A stretch of 64,000 bases of DNA, taken from assembly GCA_963804645.1 (NCBI GenBank), contig CAWDRG010000010.1:142815-206814 (forward strand). The letters run 5' to 3'. This DNA comes from an uncultured Bacillota bacterium (GTDB lineage Bacteria > Sysuimicrobiota > Sysuimicrobiia > Sysuimicrobiales > Segetimicrobiaceae). The notes under the pieces were generated by a model. It did no database searches and was not told the DNA's origin. It was given only the letters and a program-made list of their open reading frames with translations. The translations under genes and the position numbers were made by a program. Positions 40,560 through 51,695 of this stretch are shown here, in pieces (the stretch's first letter is position 1; the number at the start of each line of letters is the position of its first letter).

Positions 40560-41586
40560 GCCCAGGCCACCTGCTATCACCCGCTGCTGCTGTTCAACCG
40601 GGAGGGCGATTGTCTGGCGGTGAAGCTGCGGCCCGGGAACGTCCACAGCGCTGAGGACTGGGACGCCGCGCTCCTGCCGGAGATCGAGCGGCAGCAGAAG
40701 CAAGGCAAGGACGTCGTGGTGCGGGCCGACGCGGGCTTCACCAAGCCGGAGCTGTACGAGGTCCTGGAGAAGCGCGGCGTGAAGTACGCGATTCGCATTC
40801 CCTTCAACGACACACTGGAGCAGGCTGTCGCGGAGTTGCTGACGAGGCCCGTGGGGAGACCCAGTCACAAGCCGGTGGTGCGGTATACGAGCTTCCGCTA
40901 CGAAGCCGGCAGTTGGAAGATCGCGCGACGGGTGGTGGCGAAGATCGAGTTCCACTGCGAAGAACTGTTCCCCCGAGTGGGCTTTATCGTCACAACCCTG
41001 GCGACGGATAGCCGGGGAGTGGTGCGGTTCTATAACAAGCGCGGGACGGCAGAACAGTGGATCAGGGCCGGCAAGGAGGCGGTGAAGCTGACGCGGCTGA
41101 GCTGCCACCGCTTCCGGGCGAACGAGGTGCGGTTGTGGCTGAGCGTGATCGCGTACAATCTGGGAAACTTGTGGCGCCGGCTCGGCCTGCCGAAGCGGCT
41201 CGACACGTGGTCGCTGACAAGTCTGCAGCAGCGGTGGATGAAAACGGGCGGCCGGCTCGTGAAGCACGCCCGGTACTATTGGCTGTTGCTGGCGGAGGAA
41301 CACCTGACCCGGCGGCTGTTCGGGGCGATCCTGCGACGGCTGGAGGCGGTGCCGGGGCCTGCGGGATAGCGCAGGCCCTCGCTCGTTGCAGCCACCTCGG
41401 GCGGCAAGGGGGCCGAGAATGGGGCAGTGTCCGAGAAATCGAATGGGGGTACGTCCGTACCAGGTGGGAAAGGGCGCGGGAGGATCAAACAGGCTTTCGC
41501 GGGTGGCTGCTGGACGCGGGCCAGCCCGAAGGTCGGATCGGAACCTCTCGTAGGAGGACCTCGGAAACGCAAAACGGAAATTCCCG
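40560..41586 (+). mobile_element. IS1380-family element, 5'-truncated transposase (to 41369)
   Basis: CYHPLLLFN..GDCL..KLRPGNVHSA, VRADAGF, FYNKRGTAEQWI; N-terminus missing; putative right end GGAAATTCCCG near 41586. Confidence 0.82.
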
Positions 41587-41612
41587 ATTAAAACGCGGGG
41601 GGGTTGAGTGAC

Positions 41613-42530
41613 ATGAAGAGACCGGAGAGGACAACGCGCTTGACACGGCGAGATCTGTTCCAGACGTCCGCGGTAGTCGCAGGCGCCGCGGCTGTGGCCC
41701 GGTGGGGCGGCGCGCTGGCGTTCCCGCGGATGGCCGAGGCGCAGGCTCCATACTTCCAGAGCTCCAACAATATAGTTTTCGTCGACAAGTGTCAGAGTCT
41801 GCAAAACCTGACGTTATCCCTGCAGGCCACGAGGGACTTGATCACGCTCGGGAATAATGGATTTTCGTTGCAGTTGAATTGCTATCCGCAGACCCATCCC
41901 CAAGCTACCTATCGGAACAAGCCGCTGATTTGGATGCAGTACGTCATGGCCGTACAAAGCAACTCGATTCTGTGGGGGATCCAGTACTTTTCCGCGGTGA
42001 AGGGTTTCGGCTTTAGCCCGAGCCCAAATTACGTCTCATTCGCCTCTGCCCCGTCGAATCGGGTGCCGGCAGGCTCGGTGATGAAGATTGCGCTCGACAC
42101 TAAGGCCAACGGCAATGTGACGCAGGTGAAATTCAGCATCCAACGTGTTCCGTCTGTGGCGGGCCTTACCGGTCCCAAGGGTAAGGTTTCCAGCCACACG
42201 TTCACGTTCCCGTCTAACGCCTTGTGCGCGATCTATGGCTTCCAGGTCAATCTCGTAGGACCGCCTAGCGGCACCCACACCTGCAAATTCACGTCAGCAG
42301 ATGGGTTCCTGAACTACTCGGTGTCCTCAGGTACGCTTGCGGTACCGGCCGGACGCCTTCCGGTTCTTCCGGGCGCACAGGGCAAGAACACCTGCGGCGG
42401 CCCTCAACCCATCACGGCCGAAACGTCCAATGTGTACTACGCCCAACCCCTAACGGCCTCCAGCAATCCGATGGGCCAGGAATTCGGCCTCGCGGTTCAT
42501 TCACCCCGGCCACCGAAACTGTCGAAGTAG
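41613..42530 (+). CDS. Tat-exported hypothetical protein
   Basis: LTRRDLFQ twin-arginine signal, AEA cleavage site, beta-rich mature region. Confidence 0.75.
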   Translation: MKRPERTTRLTRRDLFQTSAVVAGAAAVARWGGALAFPRMAEAQAPYFQSSNNIVFVDKCQSLQNLTLSLQATRDLITLGNNGFSLQLNCYPQTHPQATYRNKPLIWMQYVMAVQSNSILWGIQYFSAVKGFGFSPSPNYVSFASAPSNRVPAGSVMKIALDTKANGNVTQVKFSIQRVPSVAGLTGPKGKVSSHTFTFPSNALCAIYGFQVNLVGPPSGTHTCKFTSADGFLNYSVSSGTLAVPAGRLPVLPGAQGKNTCGGPQPITAETSNVYYAQPLTASSNPMGQEFGLAVHSPRPPKLSK

Positions 42531-42666
42531 ATTCAAAGCTACCTCGATGATCTGAACTTACGACATATTGCCTTCGACGATTGTGGGTGCGGAATGAATT
42601 CGCTTTGATAATTGTCCTGCTCGGTTGGAAGTGAGACAAACCCGGCCGTAATTGGGTGAGGATTTC

Positions 42667-43664
42667 CTACCCTCCCGCGACCTCAATTTTTCCCTCATCC
42701 TTCCAATAGCTCTGCCGGACCGTCAGGCCATGCTGGAGCTTCTGCCGTCGCTCGGCCAGCCGTGCTTCCGGGTCACCGCGATAGTAGTCGACCGGTCGCA
42801 GATAGCGTAACGCCGAATGCGGCCGGCGGTGATTGTAGTAATTGTCCCAGCGCGTCAGCGCAGCGACCGCCTTCCCGTAGTCGGTGATGTCTTCGTTGAT
42901 CAATCCCTCCTCTCGGTGTGTCCGGTGCAGACGTTCAAGGCGTCCGTTCGACTCAGGATGTGCGACCCGGGTTCGGATATCGCCGGCTCCAGCGAGCGTC
43001 ACGAACGTTCGCCATTCGCGGCTGATGAACTGGCTTCCATGATCATGCACGAGCTGCGGCTCACCGGGGCGACGGGTCGAGAGTGTTTCCAACGCCTCTT
43101 GCACCGTCAACATCACCAGATCTGCGTGCATCGTCATGTTGAGGTTCCAATGGACGAGATACCGACTGTACCCGTCGAGGATGTCGACGAGGTAGTACCA
43201 GCGCGGCTTGACGTACAGGTACATCAGGTCGATGTGCCACACTTGATCTGGCCGGTCCGGCGGCACCGGCCGCCGCAGCGGATCAGACGCAAGCGGAGGA
43301 CGGCGCGCCAGCAGGTCGGCCGCCTGCAACACTTGATACACTTGGCCTGGCCGCAGATACGCGAGATCTCGATCCACCATGTCCCAGGCCAGGCGCTTGT
43401 AGCCCATCAACGGATGTGCACGCGCGAAGTCGCACACGGCCGCGCGTTCCGTCGGTGTCGGCGGTAGACCTGGCCGACGCCGCGGCGTGCGAGCGTCCAC
43501 CAGGCGATCGCGCTCGGCTCGGTCCTTCCATCGATAGTAGGTCGCATGCGACACGTCGAGTTGGTCCAACACATCGCGGACAGAAGCTCGCTCACGGTCC
43601 CGATGTGGTGCACGGTGTCCAAGAGGCGCTGCTTCTCCTCTGCCGCGTAATGTCGATACGGCTT
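42667..43664 (-). pseudogene. IS3-like OrfB DDE transposase (rve core) with 1-nt frameshift near 43600
   Basis: WHIDLMY, DGYSR, HDHGSQF, PESNGRLERLHRT, YYNHRRPHSAL. Confidence 0.85.
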
Positions 43665-43681
43665 CTATGGCCAGAGCCCTT

Positions 43682-45276
43682 ATCTGTTGAGGGACCCCGC
43701 CGTCAAGAGGGACCGTGTAACGATTTAGAAGCTATTCCCCCACCGATCGCGACCGCGGCAAAATGTGCAGCGTCCGACGGGACGATCAAAGCCGTGTCCC
43801 GAGAAGCGTTGGCAATTTCTCGCAGCCGAGTTTCGATGTCGAGATTCTGTGGAGGAATTAGGCCCGGACAATCACCTCCCGGAAAGACCGCGGAGATAGG
43901 AAGTCTGCGCCAGGGTGCCCAGCCTTATCTGGGTGCGCGGAGGTATAGCCTCCGGCGACATGATGAGTGATAGGTGCAACCCTGGAGCGGGCTGCGGCCG
44001 CATCCATCTTTTCGGGATGTCCACGGACAAGCCGTGGCGACATGGGCTTACTGGGAGCTGGCCGCATCCCATCTGGTGATCTCGGGCAGAAGCGCAGTAA
44101 TCCCATCTTCAGGCGATCTCTGAGGCCGGCTGTTCGAACGACGGAAGGACGTTCACATCGACGGGCGCGAAGGCGCTTTCTCCCAAATTGCGAAGGATGT
44201 GGTGTGCACGGCGACAGATCTTGCGCGCGACCGACAGACATGCCCGCTTGTGGTTGAGGCGTTCTTTGACCTTCTGGTAGTAGCTACGATCAGGGGCTGT
44301 ACGCCAAGCGGCGCATTGTGCGGCTTCGTACAGCGCCCATCGAAGCGCTTCGGGCCCCTGGCGAGAGAGATGGCCTGGAGGACGCTTGTCGTCCGATTCG
44401 TAGACGGTGATGTCCAGCCCCGCATACCGCACTGCATCATCCGAGGACGAGAATCTGATACAGTTTCCGAGCTCAGCCCAGATGAAAACGGCGGTAATGT
44501 CGCCGACCCCGAACAGGCGCTGCTTGAGGGCGCGGCAACCTGGCTGCAGCTTTGCAAAGCGCACGAGGTAGGCATCAAGGGGCATGAGCTGGCGGTCGAG
44601 ATGCTCCATCACCTCAAGCCCCGTCGTCACAACTCGCCGCCCGGCGGCTGAAAGGTCAGCTGCGGCGAGCTGCTCCCGTCCTTGTGTCGTGGTGAGTCGG
44701 ATGCTTGGTATTCCCTGATGGAACAGTTGCGCTTGGATCCGCTGCTGCCACTCTCGACGTTCATCGGCCACTGACTTGCGAAGCCGGACTAGGGTGCGAA
44801 TCTCCAGCGCGTGCTCCGGAGGGAACCACGATTCCGGGAGACGTCCAGTGAGAAGCAGCTCCACCATGTGGTCGCAATCACGGCGGTCGGTCTTGGCCCG
44901 CCGCTTCTTTCCCCTGAGAGCCGCAGTGTCTGCCGGCTCAGCAAGATGGGCAGTCAAGCCTGCCCGTGAGATTTCCTCCGCGATGAAGCGCCATCCCGTG
45001 GTGGCCTCGAGCGCAAAGTGCGCATCGCGGCCCTTGAAGGGCACGAGGAATTCTCGTACCGTTTCCCTCAGTCCAGGAGCGATGCGACCCCGTTTGATCT
45101 CGCCGGTCTCGGTGTTCAACCACTTGAATGTGATCTGCTTCCTATGCACGTCGAATGCACCTATAATTTCCATTGGGACCTCCTCGATAGCTCCGCCCGT
45201 ATCCTGGGCTTCAGCACGTGCTTTGTGCTTGAGCCGAGGGGGCCCCTCTCTCTCAGGGAGTCCCTCTACATGTCAT
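43682..45276 (-). mobile_element. IS110 family (IS1111-type) element
   Basis: Subterminal IRs TGTTGAGGGACCCC / TGTAGAGGGACTCC, shared AAG at both junctions, long non-coding region downstream of tnp. Confidence 0.88.
44109..45173 (-). CDS. IS110 family recombinase/transposase
   Basis: DEDD: AFDVHRK, LEATTG, KTDRRD; YAGLD....ESD Ser motif. Confidence 0.93.
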   Translation of the reverse strand: MEIIGAFDVHRKQITFKWLNTETGEIKRGRIAPGLRETVREFLVPFKGRDAHFALEATTGWRFIAEEISRAGLTAHLAEPADTAALRGKKRRAKTDRRDCDHMVELLLTGRLPESWFPPEHALEIRTLVRLRKSVADERREWQQRIQAQLFHQGIPSIRLTTTQGREQLAAADLSAAGRRVVTTGLEVMEHLDRQLMPLDAYLVRFAKLQPGCRALKQRLFGVGDITAVFIWAELGNCIRFSSSDDAVRYAGLDITVYESDDKRPPGHLSRQGPEALRWALYEAAQCAAWRTAPDRSYYQKVKERLNHKRACLSVARKICRRAHHILRNLGESAFAPVDVNVLPSFEQPASEIA

Positions 45277-45562
45277 CTTTTTTGAGCTGCAGCGTCTCGA
45301 CGCTGAGCTCGGCGACGACCGTGCGTAACCGCACGATCTCGTCCTTGAGATACGCTTCCGTCGCGCTCGGCTTGCGGCCGCGCTTCTTGGCGCGTAGTGC
45401 CTCGAGCGCGCCGGTGCGCGCTTGCTTCTCCCATTCGTAGAACTGCGTGGGTGCGATCTGATGCCGGCGGCAGACGTCGCTCACCGGTTGCCCCGCCTTG
45501 CGGGCTTCGTCCAAGATCTGCAGCTTCTCTTCGGCTGTCCACTTCCGTCCGTTGGCTCCCAC
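45277..45562 (-). CDS. IS3-like OrfA HTH protein (last codons separated by the IS110)
   Basis: RKWTAEEKLQIL, VSDVCRRHQI..TQFYEW, ending LKK at the IS110 junction. Confidence 0.85.
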
Positions 45563-45646
45563 CAGCCACCCCCCGCCTCATCGAGTCTACCTCCGCTCGG
45601 TGACGCCGGGAAGGGCGGAACCCTCACCCAATTTTCAGCGCTTTTG

Positions 45647-47631
45647 GTAGAGTAAGGGGTCAGCGCGCCGTGCGGCTCGTCCGTCAGGCAATTCAGCCCT
45701 ATCCACCTCCGTCGGTGGCCTGCAAGCCCATGCCGTGTTCCGGTCGCACACGTTTCTGATCCCTTCTCATCGAACCGGACGTGCGGAGTTGCCGCATCCG
45801 GCTCTCGGACTGAGTTCACACCAGGCTCACGAAATTACCACACGCTCGACGGCGTGAGCGGGTGCAGACCGCACTCCCGGTACAGGCGTCGGTTCGGAAA
45901 CTGTCGGGTGCCCCGGCCACTGATCTTATGCCGTCGCACAAGGAATCGTCGGAGCCGATCCGTCACGTACCGGTCAACTTGCCGGTACGTCTTGGTCACT
46001 GTCCCGTAGCTGAAGAAATGCTGCCAGCCTACGAGCAGCCGATTGAGGTGTGTAATCACCTCGTCCATCGGACTCTGATTGTGCGGACTCAGATAGCGGT
46101 GGACATCCTGTCGCAGTCGCCGAACGCCAGCCTTGGAAGGCGCTGCACCCAAGTACCGCCAGCCGTTCTTCCGACTGTACATCGGTCCAAACGTGTACCC
46201 CAGGAAGTCAAAGCTCTCTCTTCGCGCGTTTACCACCCGGGTCTTCTCCTCGTTCAGCTCCAGCTTGATCCGCCGCATGAGATCCCGGGTCGCCGTCAAA
46301 GCCTCTGCGGCCGTGCCGCGACACAAGATCACCAAGTCGTCGGCATAGACTTGCACGCGAGCCTGGAGCTGCTGCTCATACCGTTGCTGCCATGCCAGCA
46401 GAAACCGGCGCATGTATAGCAGAGCGAGCAGCGGACTGATCACTCCGCCTTGCGGGGTCCCGCGATGACGATGGTTCCCGCCACTTCGTCGTGGCCGTCC
46501 GCGGTCATCCGGCTCAACCACCGGCGCCTGCAACCAAGCCTTGATCAACGCCAGCACCTTGCCGTCGCTGATCCGCCGGGCTACACAGCGCATGAGCTCC
46601 GCGTGCGGGATCGTCTCGAAGTACTGTCGTAGGTCGGCGTCCACCACGTCCGTGTATCCCGCCTTGACGTCCGCATGCACCTGCTTGACTGCTCCCAGTG
46701 CCGACCGCTTGGGGCGGTAACCCCAAGCATTGTCTGGGAGATCGGCTTCGAAAATTGGACCGAGCACGAGAAGCGCCGCCGTCTGGATGACCCGCGTCCG
46801 GATCGTCGGTATACCTAACGGACGCAAACTCTTGCCGTCCGCTTTCAAAATCTCGACGCGCCGCACGGGGTCCGCGCGATAACTCCCCTCCTGAAGTTCT
46901 CGTTGGATCTCCCGCAAGAACGACTCCACCCCGGCCGCCTCGATCTGCTCGAAGGTCACCCCATCCACGCCCGGCGCGCCAGCGTTCGCCCGCGCCCGGT
47001 GGTACGCGTGTTCCAGGATGTCCCACCGAGAGAGCTTGTCGTACAGGGTGTAGAAGCGAAACTGTGGCTCCTTCTTCGCCTTGGCGTACAGCCGCCGCTG
47101 GAGGATCCGAATCCGTTCCGGAGTTGCTAGGCTCATCGCCAATCCCCGATCATCTCGCCTCCATTGGACAGCACCTCAGAACTGAGGCCCCTTCCCTCCG
47201 CCGGCTTTCGCCGGACTCATCGGTACTACGCGCCTCTCCGCCATCTCCGCCCAACAGGAGCCCAAAGCTCCTGGACCTCGTCCTGGCCGGAGACTTCCCG
47301 TGTTGCGCGGTCCTCGCTCTCCCTGCGTGCCGCCTCCACTACCCCGGCGAGACGCTCAGGGCTCCGTCGGGTTCATCTCCTGAGCGCAACGGCCTTCCCC
47401 GAATGAGAGGCGGGTCGGCTCTCGCATCCGTTATTTCGGGGCCTGCTTAGAGTCTCGCTACGCGCTGCAGCCCGCAGGGTTGCAGAGTCTGACTTATTCA
47501 GACTCCTTTCCGGAGGGCTTCACCATGATCCGTTGCCAGATCACCGTGCCTCCGTAGCTACCGAGGCGTCCCGACAACTCCTCGGGCGGGACCTTCCCCC
47601 GCTAGAGGACTCGCGCCTTTTCACGGCGCTC
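45647..47631 (-). mobile_element. group II intron
   Basis: Domain V GAGCCGGATGCGGCAACTCCGCACGTCCGGTTC, 3' end CTTACTCTAC, 5' end GAGCG; removal restores the IS terminal repeat. Confidence 0.9.
45835..47142 (-). CDS. ltrA: group II intron reverse transcriptase/maturase (no endonuclease domain)
   Basis: [38 protein letters not shown], domain X. Confidence 0.95.
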   Translation of the reverse strand: MAMSLATPERIRILQRRLYAKAKKEPQFRFYTLYDKLSRWDILEHAYHRARANAGAPGVDGVTFEQIEAAGVESFLREIQRELQEGSYRADPVRRVEILKADGKSLRPLGIPTIRTRVIQTAALLVLGPIFEADLPDNAWGYRPKRSALGAVKQVHADVKAGYTDVVDADLRQYFETIPHAELMRCVARRISDGKVLALIKAWLQAPVVEPDDRGRPRRSGGNHRHRGTPQGGVISPLLALLYMRRFLLAWQQRYEQQLQARVQVYADDLVILCRGTAAEALTATRDLMRRIKLELNEEKTRVVNARRESFDFLGYTFGPMYSRKNGWRYLGAAPSKAGVRRLRQDVHRYLSPHNQSPMDEVITHLNRLLVGWQHFFSYGTVTKTYRQVDRYVTDRLRRFLVRRHKISGRGTRQFPNRRLYRECGLHPLTPSSVW

Positions 47632-47924
47632 TCTCACTTCGCCGCGGGCAATACATTGTCTCTCGCATCATGTAGGCCGGACCATCACGGAATTACACAA
47701 TTAACGCTCATTCTTGCGTGGGTCGCGTGGCTGCAACTCGGTGCGTCGTCCGGTACGGCGCAGACGGACTCTGACCGGGCGAGTGCGGGTTTTGTCTTGC
47801 AACTCCGCGCTGCTTTTTTCACTCCTCGGACGCGTATCCTCTTCACACTCATTGACCAGGGGTGGACAGCAGCTGTTCACGGTGTGGACAAATGGTCCCA
47901 AACGGGTATGGTATAACCCTTGAC

Positions 47925-48478
47925 ATGCAGCGCACCTTCGCCACCCGGCTGTCGCGGGATGCCACGCGGGATCCCCTGCTGGAGGCGTACGCCGCGCTCT
48001 ACGGGCGCGCGGAACGGACGCTTTTTGCCCGGTTACGCGCCGGCGGGCCGCTCGCCGCGACCAAGCGCGAGTTTCTCGGTCGCTTCGGCCTCACGGCCCG
48101 CCAGTTCAACGCCCTCGCGGCGAGTGTGCGCGGCAAGATCACGGCGATTCAAGCACGCCGGCCGCGGCTCATCACGACCCTCGAGCGCCGCCTCGAACGG
48201 GCGCGACAGGTCCTGGCGACGATGCCCGAGGGGACCAGCGCGTATCACCAGAAACAGCGGCGGCTTGGAGCCCTCCAGCAGCGCCTCACCGCGCTGAAGG
48301 AAGAAGAAGCCGTGGGGGCCGTGCGCCTCTGCTTTGGCTCCCGGCCGTTGTTCCGCCGGCAGTTCGCGCTGGCGGCGAATGGCTACGTCTCGCACGACGC
48401 CTGGCGCCGCGCGTGGCGCGCGGCCCGCTCCAGCCAGTTTTTTGTGCTCGGCTCGAAGGACGAGACAGCCGGCTGCCA
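47925..48478 (+). pseudogene. tnpB: TnpB-related (IS200/IS605/IS607 accessory) protein, 5' part
   Basis: FGLTARQFNA, LCFGSR.LFR.QF, FFVLGSKDETAGC; cut by IS110 at 48478. Confidence 0.8.
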
Positions 48479-50046
48479 TATCTGAGAACGCTGCGCCCGT
48501 CAAGCCCCCCGTTCGAACGGGCGGACACCATTTTTTCTGCGCCTACCGGCATATTTGGGCACACGTCCCCCCGCGACGAGGCGGTCAAGGATCGCGAAGC
48601 GAGCCGAAGGCCTCGTCCTTGACGGCCGGGGGAGCGAGGGGTAAGGATTCCCGAACCGGTAGGCGCCGGGTCCCACGCACCGGCCGCGTTCGTGATCTTG
48701 ATGCTTATGCTCTGCTGCTCACCTCACTCGTTGGTTCAGGTGCCCAAACACGCTCGAATCACCACGTCCATTTGCCTCGGTCTCGATCGCGTCGATGAGT
48801 CATATCTTCGCCCTTGCGAGCTGCATGAGGGTGTCCCGAAGGCGTGTCGCAATCAGGGCTACGAGCCTCGTGGGCTCATGGCAACCGCGCGCTTACGCCT
48901 TCGTGGACGCGATGACCCTGCGCTTGGGCTCCTGGTATGTTTCCTCCTTTGTCAGAATCCAATATGTGGCCTCCGCCAAGTGCCGGGCTACGGCTCCGAT
49001 GGCGGTCTTATGATTCTTGCGCTGACGTACGCGAGTATAGAGCTGACTGACATGACGTTGCGGCCAATCCACTCGATGCTGACCGACCACTTCGGCTGCT
49101 TCCGTGTACGCCCATTTGAGATAGTGGTTGACATCAGGGCGCCGTCGGCCGATCCGGATCTTGTCCCCACTCGCGTGGACACGCGGGGTGGTGCCAGCGT
49201 ACGTTGCGAGATGCGCGGCGTCAGGAAAGCGGCGCACATCACCCACTTCCGACAGGATCACGATACCCAGGATGAACCCGACGCCTGGCAAGCTCCTCAC
49301 CCGCTCCAGTGCCGGCATCTTCGTGAAGACCTCGCGCATGCGATCTTCAAACGCCGTAATCTGCTCATCCAACCGATCGAGCTGCTCCAACAGTTGCTCA
49401 GTGGCGAAGCGGGCGTGCGGCGGAAGTTGCGCGAGTCTGTCGTTGAGGAGCACCCGGCCCTGCCGACCAAACAAATCGCTGAGGCCCGTCACCATCAGTG
49501 CGTACTTGGCAAGCGTGGCATGGATCCGGTTCTTGAATCGTGTCCGCATCCTGACCAGTACCATGCGGGTCCGCGGCAGGTCCCGTTGGTCGCGCATCTC
49601 GGCAGGGGGAATCCAAACTGTCGGAAGGGTCCCGCTACGTTGCAGATTGTTCAAGCTGCGTGCGTCCAGCTTGTCCGTTTTATTGATCATGCCAGACATC
49701 AGTTTGGCTTTGCGAGCGTGCACCAAACGGGGGACCATACCCGCCGCCTCGATCTCATCAACGAGCCAGTACCAATTTCCCACTGTCTCCACGGCGACCG
49801 ACGAACCGGGCGTCCATTCCTTCAAGAAGGTCCGAATAGCGCCGCGATCGTGAGGCAGCCGCGTTTCTCGCAGCAGCTCTCCGGTTGGCCCTACTACCGA
49901 AACCCAGCCATTTCGCAGGACCAGTAGCAAGTGACCGGCGCGCTCAATAGAATCAGCCGATTCGTCTGATCGCCTGCCGCACGGCGTTTTTGCATTCGCG
50001 GACGCGGCTTGCGTTCCAACGTATCTTGTGCTATTAATTAAACAAG

Positions 50047-50433
50047 ATGACTCGAGGACGGCTGCGACTCGATTACGAGGCGCCGCAGGGCGAGGAGGCG
50101 GCGCGCCTGCGCCAGCGGAAGCGCGCCTTGGTCCAGCGATTTCATCTGCCCGAGGCCCTCGACACCATGTTGCCCGGGTCCCTGACCTTGAGCCATGTGC
50201 GGTGCGGAAAACCGAACTGTCACTGCGCGACGGGCGACGGCCATCCCAACTGGACGCTCGGGTATATGCTCGACCGGAAGCCCCGCGTCCAGCACATCCC
50301 GCGCGCGTGGGCAGACGACATTCGGGCACGGGTGGACGCGGGGCGGGCATTTCAAGATGCCGTGCGCGAGGTGTTGGCGACCAACGTGCAGTTGCTCGTC
50401 CTGGCGCGCAAGCAACGGCGGAAGGCCCCGTAG
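50047..50433 (+). CDS. small Zn-finger-like IS accessory protein (DUF6788-like)
   Basis: MLPGSL....[13 protein letters not shown] motif. Confidence 0.75.
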   Translation: MTRGRLRLDYEAPQGEEAARLRQRKRALVQRFHLPEALDTMLPGSLTLSHVRCGKPNCHCATGDGHPNWTLGYMLDRKPRVQHIPRAWADDIRARVDAGRAFQDAVREVLATNVQLLVLARKQRRKAP

Positions 50434-50435
50434 CG

Positions 50436-51695
50436 GTGGGGCGGCACGAGATCGAGGCCTACGTCGAGAAAATCTTCGATTGGTCGGCGCTGCTGACCCG
50501 TCTGCCGGACGGGCGACGGCACCCGCAGCACTCGTGCCAGAAGGTCTTCGCCGCGGTGTTCTGGGGCGCGGTTGGGCGGATCCCGAGCTTCCATCAGTTG
50601 GAGTATGAGTGCAGAGCCGGGGGGCTGCGTCATCGCATTGGGCCGCTCAGTGAGGACACGCTGCGCTACACCCTCGAGCGCGTGGCGCCTGAGGCAGTGT
50701 TCGCGCTGGGCTGCGAAGTCGCGCGACGGCTGAAGCGCAATGGGGTCCTGCGCACGGATGCCGCGCAAGGCTTGATCGTGGCCGCAGTGGACGGGATCGA
50801 GCTTTGTCAGTCGTTCGTCCGCTGCTGCGACAGGTGTTTGGAGCGGATCGTAGACCGCCTGGTCGATGGCGTGCAGCAGACGGCGGTGCAATATTATCAC
50901 CGCATGGTGGCCGTCGTTATTGTCAGCACCGCGTTTCCGATTCCGCTGGGGATTCGGTTCCAGGCGCCGGGCGAAGGCGAAGTCCCGTGTGCGCGTGCGC
51001 TGCTGGAGGAGCTCGTGGAGCGGCTGGGCCCGCGGTTCGTGGACGTGCTGGTGGGGGATGCGCTCTATCTGGGGAAACCGTTCATCGACGCCATCGAAGC
51101 GCTCGGGCTCGATTGGGTGTGCAACATTAAAGACAATCAGGCCGAGTTGCTGGCGGAACTGGAGCGCCGGCTGCCGGGGGTGGCGCCGGGCGAGGTGCGC
51201 ACACCTCACGCCGCGACGCAGTGCTGGCATGTCCCCGATGTCTCATGGTTGGCGGGAGACCGGTCCGTGCGCTGCCTCAAGGAGGTGCGGCAGGAGGCGC
51301 AGACGCGGCTCCGGGTCGAGGGCGAAGGGGGGCACCGGACGCGGCGCAAAACGGTGGTGTGGGAAGAGAGCCTGAACCTGTACGCGAGCAACCTTGATGT
51401 GCTGGCGTGTTCCCCAACCGGGCTGGCGGCGCTGGGGCGCTCTCGGTGGCGCATTGATACTGAAGTCTTCCAGACGCTGACGAAAGAGTGCCAGCTCAAG
51501 CATCCGGCGGTGCACCAGCAGCACGATCAAGCCTTCATGGTGCTCACCATGATTCGCATTCTGGCCTATACGCTGCTGCTGGTCTTCTTTCATCGCCAGG
51601 TGCTGAGTCACGCCCGCCACACGCCGCCGACTCTCTGCCAGGTTGCGACCCAAGTCGTCCCAGCGTTCGCCCAGGTGCACCCCGACTCGAGTTGA
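50436..51695 (+). CDS. DDE transposase
   Basis: LPDGR N-domain, [27 protein letters not shown]. Confidence 0.85.
   Translation: MGRHEIEAYVEKIFDWSALLTRLPDGRRHPQHSCQKVFAAVFWGAVGRIPSFHQLEYECRAGGLRHRIGPLSEDTLRYTLERVAPEAVFALGCEVARRLKRNGVLRTDAAQGLIVAAVDGIELCQSFVRCCDRCLERIVDRLVDGVQQTAVQYYHRMVAVVIVSTAFPIPLGIRFQAPGEGEVPCARALLEELVERLGPRFVDVLVGDALYLGKPFIDAIEALGLDWVCNIKDNQAELLAELERRLPGVAPGEVRTPHAATQCWHVPDVSWLAGDRSVRCLKEVRQEAQTRLRVEGEGGHRTRRKTVVWEESLNLYASNLDVLACSPTGLAALGRSRWRIDTEVFQTLTKECQLKHPAVHQQHDQAFMVLTMIRILAYTLLLVFFHRQVLSHARHTPPTLCQVATQVVPAFAQVHPDSS

Larger units (their letters stand above)
42628..47640 (-). mobile_element. IS3-like element interrupted by IS110 and a group II intron
   Basis: Terminal IRs GAAGTGAGACAAA......AATTGGGTGAGG at 42628-42661 and (reconstructed) 47640-47632 + 45646-45622. 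Confidence 0.85.

Noticed and set aside
45835..47142. RT as retron, DGR or CRISPR-associated RT
   Set aside because: Domain X, domain V/VI RNA and exact exon junctions identify a group II intron
50028..50435. N-terminal extension of the 555-aa transposase ORF
   Set aside because: Overlaps the [11 protein letters not shown] in another frame and is low-complexity; true start likely GTG 50436
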